Part shown: positions 7,287 through 12,882 of the stretch, one piece after another | Numbering within the stretch: position 1 is the first letter of the stretch | How the letters are laid out: every line of letters begins with the position of its first letter | Assembly (NCBI GenBank): GCA_964513145.1 | Contig: CAZELK010000014.1 | Location: 1-12,882, forward strand | Length of the DNA stretch: 12,882 nucleotides | Source of the DNA: Candidatus Woesearchaeota archaeon | GTDB lineage: Archaea; Nanobdellota; Nanobdellia; SCGC-AAA011-G17; JACPIM01 | Direction: 5' to 3' | Position numbers and translations under genes: made by a program | The notes under the pieces: generated by a model | What the model was told of the DNA's origin: nothing | The model's input: only the letters and a program-made list of their open reading frames with translations | Databases searched by the model: none

Positions 7287-7677
7287 TTTATTGTCTAGAT
7301 ACAAATATAGTCGTTGATATTCTATGAGGGAATAAAGATTTGTTTTCTAAATTGGAAAACGCAGTAAAAGAAAAAAATCAGTTTAATATAACTATATTAA
7401 CGCTGGCTGAATTGCTAAAAAGGGCATTTTTATCAAATAGAAAAGAAGAATCATTAAATTTAATTGAAAATTTTGTTAAAAATATAAATGTTTTCTCATT
7501 GGATAAAGAATCTTGCAAAATCTATGGAGAAAAGCAGAACTTCAAAAAAAAGGACAAAAAACGCAAGAAATAGATCTGCTTATTGGCTCAATTGTACTTG
7601 CAAATGATTTTACTTTAATAACAAAAAATAAAAAAGATTTTCAAAATATTTCTAGAATAAAATTAATTGAATGGTAA
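7286..7677 (+). pseudogene. vapC: VapC PIN-domain toxin pseudogene
   Basis: It reads ATT(7286)-YCLDTNIVVDIL-TGA(7325-7327)-GNKDLF..ITILTLAELLK..LDKESCKIYGE, then shifts -1 near 7529-7533 into KAELQKKGQKTQEIDLLIGSIVLANDFTLITKNKKDFQNISRIKLIEW-TAA(7675-7677). The PIN motifs are recognisable, but the start is lost, there is an internal stop, and there is a frameshift. Confidence 0.9.
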
Positions 7678-7701
7678 GGTAGTATAACCAATTGTAAATA
7701 A

Positions 7702-8133
7702 TTAAACTGGTAAAAAAGATAGATTTTGTTCTAATAAGGGTTTAATCAAAGGCCATGCAAATGGTGCTGCTTGTATTAAAGCAGTAATTATCAAAGCATG
7801 AGCCCATGTTTCTCCTATGCTTCCCATGCCACCAGCTCCCCTTGCAACAACACCAGCACCATGAACTTTAAGAATTGTTATTAATGCAACAATAACTCTT
7901 AAAACAATTTCATTTCCTATAAAAGGTATATTTGCTAAAGCAGGTATTGATTCTAAAACAAAACTAATATTCATTAATGCAAAAATAAAAACCATGGTAA
8001 CAATTAAAGAATGCCAGAAATGTTTTAAAAAATGGCTTCCTCTAAAAGCCAGATCCTTGTGAATAGCAAAAAACTCATATAAGCCAATAACAAAACCCAT
8101 ATAAACTGCTGGTAAAATTAACACCTCTGCCAT
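7702..8133 (-). CDS. Small His-rich multi-pass membrane protein of unknown function (about 143 aa)
   Basis: About four hydrophobic segments and six His residues. The ATG at 8133 is preferred over the track's TTG at 8139; a TATA box lies at 8156-8163. Confidence 0.85.
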   Translation of the reverse strand: MAEVLILPAVYMGFVIGLYEFFAIHKDLAFRGSHFLKHFWHSLIVTMVFIFALMNISFVLESIPALANIPFIGNEIVLRVIVALITILKVHGAGVVARGAGGMGSIGETWAHALIITALIQAAPFAWPLIKPLLEQNLSFLPV

Positions 8134-8155
8134 AACCAATTAAACTATTGCTTAT

Positions 8156-8163
8156 TATTTAAA
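8156..8163 (-). promoter_or_regulatory. TATA box for the 8133 gene
   Basis: TTTAAATA on the minus strand, 23-30 nt upstream of the ATG, in a 39-nt intergenic gap. Confidence 0.55.
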
Positions 8164-8172
8164 TATTTATCT

Positions 8173-8784
8173 TTATTTTTCTCCAGCACTAGAAACCAGC
8201 TCTTTTTCTTCTTCAGCAACTTCGTCAACAGATTTTTCTTCTTTAGCTTTCTTTGTATTTTCTACAAATCTTTTGACAGCAGTTTTTAAAGTATATTTTT
8301 CAGCTTGCTTCAGGTAACGGTTTGTTAGATCTAATAAACTGCCCGGTAAAAAGAAAGACAATCCTTCATAAATTATATTTCCTAAAAACCCAATTAAATC
8401 TTTAGTCTTTCCTAAGTAATATGAGCTATAAACTAGTTTAACAGGAGCCTCTATTAATTCTTTTCCAGCTGATATTCCATAGCCAACCCCACCCATTATT
8501 TTCATATAATCTGCAACTACATCAACAGGAACAAGTGCCTTGTCAAAAGTATCTACTAAAGCTGCAAAAGTATACAAATTAGAATTTTCATCATTAACTC
8601 CAGAAATATGATCCTTTAATTTTCTTTCAAGAAACCCATATTCTCTTTCATCCTTTGCATTTGATAAAATTTCTTTTATTTCATCATATTCCTTTGCTTT
8701 TTTTAATTGTTCTTCTAAATCAGGTCTCTTAAATACTGGAACAGTCCACTTTGCAGCGTCCTCAATCTTTTTAATCAAGCTCAT
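8173..8784 (-). CDS. Hypothetical protein (203 aa) with a central Gly-rich, moderately hydrophobic region
   Basis: Long ORF with an ATGA overlap with the upstream CBS gene. Charged helical N- and C-termini. No family recognised. Confidence 0.8.
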   Translation of the reverse strand: MSLIKKIEDAAKWTVPVFKRPDLEEQLKKAKEYDEIKEILSNAKDEREYGFLERKLKDHISGVNDENSNLYTFAALVDTFDKALVPVDVVADYMKIMGGVGYGISAGKELIEAPVKLVYSSYYLGKTKDLIGFLGNIIYEGLSFFLPGSLLDLTNRYLKQAEKYTLKTAVKRFVENTKKAKEEKSVDEVAEEEKELVSSAGEK

Positions 8785-9143
8785 TTATTTGTGTTTTGTG
8801 AAAATTGTAATACTCCTATTAACTTTTCGTTTTTAGTTATAGGTATTGAAAATGTGTTTTTTTGTATCATTATTAAAAAAGCCTTTTCCAAAGGAGTTTC
8901 AACATCAACTGTTGTGATTGGGCTCGTCATGATCTCCCTAGCTTTCAATTTCTCTGGATCTTTTTTTAAAGCTACAACCCTTGTTGCTATATCAGTTGCT
9001 GAAATTAGTCCGACTGGTTTTTCATTGTCTAAAACTATTATTTGTCTTGATCCTGCTTTTAAAATTATCTGTGCAACTTCTGTAACACTAATATTGGCTA
9101 AACAAGTTACTGGCTTTGTTAATTTATTTTCATCAATTTGCAT
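8781..9143 (-). CDS. Stand-alone CBS-pair (Bateman domain) protein
   Basis: Two CBS repeats: ISVTEVAQIILKAGSRQIIVLDNEKPVGLISATDI and AREIMTSPITTVDVETPLEKAFLIMIQKNTFSIPITKNEKLIGVL. Confidence 0.9.
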   Translation of the reverse strand: MQIDENKLTKPVTCLANISVTEVAQIILKAGSRQIIVLDNEKPVGLISATDIATRVVALKKDPEKLKAREIMTSPITTVDVETPLEKAFLIMIQKNTFSIPITKNEKLIGVLQFSQNTNK

Positions 9144-9762
9144 TTTTTCCCTCTGCTCTCAATATTCTCATCTCTAATTCTTTTATTTCATCTCTTAAAT
9201 TTTTTGTTTCATTAATAAGTTCTCTTTGTCTTTTTGAATCATTATATCTGCGAAATCCCTTGATAAGTCCATAAATTGCTCCCAATATCAAAGTTGTTGG
9301 CAATACAAAGTCAGCAGTCTCCTTAAACTCTTTTTTATAGTTATAAGGTTGCTGTATAACTTGTGCACTAGTTGTTATATTTTCTAAGTTTTCAATAGTA
9401 ACCTTAGTCGTGCTTGGCAAATAACCAGATTCCTGGATTCCGTGTTTTTCTCTCCATTTTTTTTGTTCTTCAGGTGTTTGCCCAAATACCTTGCTCCAAA
9501 AATCACCCTGCACTTTGTCAACTTTAATTATAGCTTCTCCAATAACAGGCACATTTTCAACTATAACCTTGCCTACTTTTTGGTCTGTCCTGCTTACAGA
9601 AGGGATAAATTCTTTATGGAATCTGTCCAAGATAGTTCCAACACAATTTAGCGCCCCATTTAATCCATACCCAATAATGCCTCCGGCACAAGCAGGTATC
9701 AAAATATCTAAACCATAATTCATTTTTTCTCTTATGAAATATTCCTTTTTTCCTTTTGTCAT
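9133..9762 (-). CDS. Hypothetical membrane protein (209 aa) with two hydrophobic segments and a C-terminal coiled coil
   Basis: Hydrophobic segments GLDILIPACAGGIIGYGLNGALNCVG and FVLPTTLILGAIYGLIKGF, and a C-terminal RQRELINETKNLRDEIKELEMRI. It overlaps the CBS gene by 11 nt and contains that gene's GAGGGA site. Confidence 0.8.
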   Translation of the reverse strand: MTKGKKEYFIREKMNYGLDILIPACAGGIIGYGLNGALNCVGTILDRFHKEFIPSVSRTDQKVGKVIVENVPVIGEAIIKVDKVQGDFWSKVFGQTPEEQKKWREKHGIQESGYLPSTTKVTIENLENITTSAQVIQQPYNYKKEFKETADFVLPTTLILGAIYGLIKGFRRYNDSKRQRELINETKNLRDEIKELEMRILRAEGKNAN

Positions 9763-9783
9763 GAGAAATTAAGCTTTTAATAA

Positions 9784-9792
9784 GTATTTAAG
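9784..9792 (-). promoter_or_regulatory. TATA box for the 9762 operon
   Basis: CTTAAATAC on the minus strand, 22-30 nt upstream of the ATG at 9762. Confidence 0.5.
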
Positions 9793-9840
9793 ATTTTCTA
9801 GTTTGATTACTTCAAAGTAATTACTCATTGCATAACAAAT

Positions 9841-9870
9841 TTTATATAGTTAATTATACCGTATATACCT
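9841..9870 (+). promoter_or_regulatory. TATA box plus candidate operator of TA module 2
   Basis: TTTATATA at 9841-9848, 23-30 nt before the ATG at 9871. Inverted repeat TATAC-C-GTATA (9855-9865) and direct repeat TATACC (9855, 9864). Confidence 0.6.
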
Positions 9871-10095
9871 ATGATAGAATTAAAATCTAAAATTAGGAAG
9901 TGGGGAAATTCCTTTGGCATAGTTATACCAATAAAAGCAATAGAAAAAGAGAAAGCCAAAGAGGGAGATGAAGTACGTATTCTAATAAAAAAAGATCTGG
10001 ATAATACATTAAAAGAAACCTTCGGAACATTCAGATTTAAGAAATCAGTAGATCAAATAATGAAGGAAGCAAATAAAGAGTTGTACAATGAATAA
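9871..10095 (+). CDS. AbrB/MazE/SpoVT-fold antitoxin
   Basis: KIRKWGNSFGIVIP..EGDEVRI is the AbrB/MazE signature. It overlaps the PIN gene by 8 nt. Confidence 0.9.
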   Translation: MIELKSKIRKWGNSFGIVIPIKAIEKEKAKEGDEVRILIKKDLDNTLKETFGTFRFKKSVDQIMKEANKELYNE

Positions 10096-10456
10096 TACTT
10101 TTGTTTTTGATACTTACGCCATAATTGAGATAATAAATGGTAATGAAAATTATAAACCCTATTTAGATAAAAATATAATTATTAATGATTTCATTTATGC
10201 TGAATTGTGTTTTATTTTAACAAGAAATAACTATCCGGAAAAAAATACACAATTAGCTAAATATGTAAAATTTATTTCACATGCAGATCCCGAGATAATT
10301 TTGTTGGCAATGGAGTTTAAATTAAAAAATATAAAAAAAGACATGTCTATGACTGATTGTATATCATATTTTATGGCCAAAGAGCTAGATATAAAGTTTT
10401 TAACTGGCGATAAAGAATTTGAAAATTTAGAAAGCGTTGAATTTATAAAAAAATAA
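10088..10456 (+). CDS. vapC: VapC PIN-domain toxin (intact)
   Basis: The four acidic motifs are present: VFDTY, YAEL, MTDC and LTGDKEF. It lies downstream of an antitoxin. Confidence 0.92.
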   Translation: MNNTFVFDTYAIIEIINGNENYKPYLDKNIIINDFIYAELCFILTRNNYPEKNTQLAKYVKFISHADPEIILLAMEFKLKNIKKDMSMTDCISYFMAKELDIKFLTGDKEFENLESVEFIKK

Positions 10457-10521
10457 GCGCTTATAATCCAAAAGTTTAGTTATTAAGAAAATTAGTTAAG
10501 CTACCCAAAGTACTCAGTTTA

Positions 10522-10944
10522 TTAATAATTTAACGGATCAACTCTTTTTATAAAATCAACTTTGTCAAGTTCTTGATCAGCAGAAATTATTTGAGTTACT
10601 GAATTTATTTCCATCGAAGCCATATGTAGATAATCAACACCAATTATATTATATTTATATTCAGATGCCCTTTTAATAATAAAAAAATCCAGATTAAACC
10701 AAATTATTGGTAAGGATAAAATTGAATCTATATTCTTTTTAATATCGAGTTCTTTTTTATTATCTCTTTTCAAAATTTTATTTAAATTCTTCAAAACATT
10801 AATTACCTCAACTAATACTAAGGTAGAAGCACATACCTCTATTTTCTTAGATTCTATGTCAAGAAGGATATTTTTACAAGATTTCCCATATTTTTCATCA
10901 TTCGCAATAGCATATATTATTACATTTGTATCTAGATATATCAT
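10522..10944 (-). CDS. vapC: VapC PIN-domain toxin (intact)
   Basis: IYLDTNV, LVEV, VDYLH and ISADQELD motifs. ATGA overlap with its antitoxin. Confidence 0.92.
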   Translation of the reverse strand: MIYLDTNVIIYAIANDEKYGKSCKNILLDIESKKIEVCASTLVLVEVINVLKNLNKILKRDNKKELDIKKNIDSILSLPIIWFNLDFFIIKRASEYKYNIIGVDYLHMASMEINSVTQIISADQELDKVDFIKRVDPLNY

Positions 10945-11171
10945 CTGAACTCTTCTCTAGTCTCCCTAACAAGTTTAGTAGCATCAACATTTAGTTTAAT
11001 TTGAGAAGTTAGGAATTTCACAGGGTTTTCTATTTTTTTAGTTGTATCAACTATAACCATCTCTTTTACAACATGCCATTCAACCTCTCCACCTGCTTTT
11101 ACCCCCAGAATTTTTCTAATTTTGCTTGGTATAGTGGTTTGAAATTTTGATGTAATTTTTGTTTCTTCCAT
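10941..11171 (-). CDS. AbrB/MazE/SpoVT-fold antitoxin
   Basis: TKITSKFQTTIPSKIRKILGVKAGGEVEW is the AbrB-type N-terminus. It lies upstream of a PIN gene. Confidence 0.92.
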   Translation of the reverse strand: MEETKITSKFQTTIPSKIRKILGVKAGGEVEWHVVKEMVIVDTTKKIENPVKFLTSQIKLNVDATKLVRETREEFR

Positions 11172-11176
11172 AAGAT

Positions 11177-11208
11177 AGTATTACGCGTAATACTTTATAT
11201 ATTTTTCG
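11177..11208 (-). promoter_or_regulatory. BRE/TATA plus 18-bp palindromic operator of TA module 3
   Basis: The minus strand reads CGAAAAATATATAA-AGTATTACGCGTAATACT-ATCTT-ATG. The perfect palindrome spans 11177-11194. Confidence 0.7.
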
Positions 11209-11270
11209 ATAATTGTTTTTAATAAGTATAAAACTGAAGAAAATGAATAAACTTATTCTGACCAATAACC

Positions 11271-11278
11271 TTTAAATA
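11271..11278 (+). promoter_or_regulatory. TATA box for the 11301 gene
   Basis: TTTAAATA 23-30 nt upstream of the ATG at 11301. Confidence 0.55.
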
Positions 11279-11300
11279 TAAACTCCAATTATATATTATA

Positions 11301-11924
11301 ATGTTTTTGAAAAAAGTGGTGCTTTTATGTAGTTTAGTCCTTATTCTAATGAATTTAGCTAGTGCCCAATATTATTTTGACCAAAGTTTTAGCGGATTCG
11401 GTTTTTTCTCTGGTGGGGGATTTGATGATATTTTAATAATCTATGAAAATAACTCTACTTGGTTTGACTTTTTTATATTCTTGTTAATATTTTTGGGTTT
11501 AACACAAGCAGTTTTTGGAGAAGGTCATTTTAAAAAACAAAGCAAAACAATTTCAATAGGTCTTTCTCTTGCCTTGTCTTTTGGTTTGGTTTTTTGGGAA
11601 AGAAACACAGGAGTTAATCTGTTAACTTTGGGGCCTTTTGCTTTCTTGATTTTGCTATTGCTAATTTTTTACATTATTTATTCAATATTAAAAAAAATGG
11701 GTACAGAATGGTGGGTTGCTGGTGCTTGGGCCTATGTTGGCTTTTTTGCATTGCTTATGATATTGGGTCCGGCAGTTTTTAATTGGTCATGGCTAAATGA
11801 AAATTTAATAGGAACTTTAAACTTTTTTTTCTATTTATGTTTAATCCTGGGTTTGATTGGGTTGTGGTATACAGAACCTTTGCATCCTAGAACACCGCCA
11901 ACTGGGGGTGGACACCATGATTAA
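11301..11924 (+). CDS. Hypothetical multi-pass membrane protein with a probable signal peptide
   Basis: MFLKKVVLLCSLVLILMNLASA|Q resembles a Sec signal with an A-x-A cleavage site, followed by about five hydrophobic helices. Confidence 0.85.
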   Translation: MFLKKVVLLCSLVLILMNLASAQYYFDQSFSGFGFFSGGGFDDILIIYENNSTWFDFFIFLLIFLGLTQAVFGEGHFKKQSKTISIGLSLALSFGLVFWERNTGVNLLTLGPFAFLILLLLIFYIIYSILKKMGTEWWVAGAWAYVGFFALLMILGPAVFNWSWLNENLIGTLNFFFYLCLILGLIGLWYTEPLHPRTPPTGGGHHD

Positions 11925-12882
11925 AGATTTTTTAAATTACATAAATTCGCAGGAGGAACAGGAAGTTAAGCAAACACCAGAAAATGAATTAACAATTCTT
12001 TCTTCTAGTTTAGATGAATTTTATAGCTTATTAAAAAAATCTTCAAATAAAAGTTTGATTTTAAAAAATTATGATTCTTTGGATTTAAGCTTAATTGAAT
12101 TTATCAATAAACATGGAAGGTCTTCTATAGCAGGTCAAAAAGCAGTAGACCTATCAAAGAAATTAAGTCAGTATTATAATTTGTTTAAAGAGAATATTAA
12201 TTTATATTTAGATGAACCAGTCACGCAAATTACCAAAGAAGATATAGAGAACGAGATTGTAGAACCGCCAAAAATTGATTTTTCGGCATTCTATAATGAT
12301 CTTACTTTAAGATTAAATAATTTCAAAAATGAGATAAAACAGCGTAATTTAACAGAAAAAGAGATAGAAAATAAAATATTTTTATTTAATTCTGAATTTA
12401 AAGATTTAATAAAAAATAGTGATGAATCTTTTAAATTAAAATTCATAGCTTTAAAAAATAGGTTAGTTAAATTTTACAAGGAAGTTAAAAAAGAAAACGA
12501 GGTTGCAAAGATATACTCCTGGTTGGAAAGTTTTAATTCATGTTCTAAAGAGATCATTTCATTAATAAATTCAGAAAATAAATCTGAAAGCACAATTTTA
12601 AAAATAAACAATAAAATTTCTGAGTCAAAAGACAAATATGAGAAATTTAAGTTATTTATAAATTCCAAGCAACTGAAAGAAAATAAAACAAAACTTCTTT
12701 TTGATTTAGATTCAATTTATACAAATTTAATAACTGCTTACAATAATCACCTGGAATCAATATCAAAAGAAAAAATAGAAAAACCATCTTTAATGGACTA
12801 TCTGCCTTCATTTAATGTCAGTCAAATAATTAAATTAAAGCCAAAGCATATAAGAATAAAAGAAAAACAAAACCAAAAAGCA
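11917..12882 (+). CDS. Large alpha-helical hypothetical protein, partial (open at the right edge); absent from the ORF track
   Basis: ATG at 11917 after GGGGGTGG. I read 322 stop-free codons to the edge (MIKDFLNYINSQEEQEVKQTPENEL...KEKQNQKA). It overlaps the upstream gene by 8 nt. Confidence 0.88.
   Translation, partial: MIKDFLNYINSQEEQEVKQTPENELTILSSSLDEFYSLLKKSSNKSLILKNYDSLDLSLIEFINKHGRSSIAGQKAVDLSKKLSQYYNLFKENINLYLDEPVTQITKEDIENEIVEPPKIDFSAFYNDLTLRLNNFKNEIKQRNLTEKEIENKIFLFNSEFKDLIKNSDESFKLKFIALKNRLVKFYKEVKKENEVAKIYSWLESFNSCSKEIISLINSENKSESTILKINNKISESKDKYEKFKLFINSKQLKENKTKLLFDLDSIYTNLITAYNNHLESISKEKIEKPSLMDYLPSFNVSQIIKLKPKHIRIKEKQNQKA

Noticed and set aside
7325-7327. In-frame TGA as evidence of stop-codon reassignment
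   Set aside because: TGA is a real stop elsewhere in the window (607-609, 8781-8783, 10941-10943; the last two in ATGA overlaps), and the same gene has two other lesions.
7529-7552. Programmed -1 frameshift in vapC at the A-run (7544-7551)
   Set aside because: PIN-like sequence in the new frame (KAELQKKG) already begins upstream of the A-run. The upstream nonsense codon and missing start would prevent a full product anyway.
7340-7573. 77-aa ORF as an independent gene
   Set aside because: It is the middle fragment of the broken vapC. It lacks the first catalytic Asp and ends in a frameshifted tail.
8791-9718. Plus-strand ORFs at 8791-9177, 9442-9651 and 9491-9718
   Set aside because: Antisense to the CBS and membrane genes, which have clear motifs and coupled overlaps.
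10457-10521. Integron attC site between the TA modules (GTTAAGC at 10505-10511 fits GTTRRRY)
   Set aside because: There is no matching RYYYAAC inverse core upstream, the modules have their own promoters and opposite orientations, and no integrase is in the window.
12474-12668. Minus-strand 64-aa ORF
   Set aside because: Antisense to the uninterrupted plus-strand ORF 11917->12882.
1-12882. CRISPR array, tRNA/rRNA or IS element
   Set aside because: No regularly spaced repeats, no GC-rich structured RNA segment and no transposase motifs. The longest intergenic gap is only about 130 nt.

Overview
AT-rich archaeal DNA, most likely DPANN (Woesearchaeota/Pacearchaeota-like). This is inferred from the TATA-box promoters placed for leaderless transcripts, the GGTGA/GAGGT Shine-Dalgarno sites and the gene families present. 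The left half is a type IV pilus/Tad-like locus. Its VirB11/TadA/FlaI-family ATPase (1091-4870) is split right after Walker B by a 506-aa LAGLIDADG intein (2732-4249) and overlaps a two-repeat TadC/FlaJ-like platform gene (4863-7016). Two coiled-coil genes are transcribed divergently from it, and one of them apparently starts at GTG or CTG. The right half holds three VapBC-type toxin-antitoxin modules. Two are intact and convergent, and the third has an intact antitoxin and a PIN toxin pseudogene with three lesions. Each module has a palindromic candidate operator between TATA box and ATG. Also present are a His-rich small membrane protein, a coupled three-gene CBS-domain operon, and a membrane protein coupled to a long helical ORF that runs off the right edge. 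The two edge ORFs (<1-632 and 11917->12882) are missing from the supplied ORF track. No RNA genes, CRISPR arrays or transposases were seen. Family assignments come from motif recognition by eye, not from database searches.
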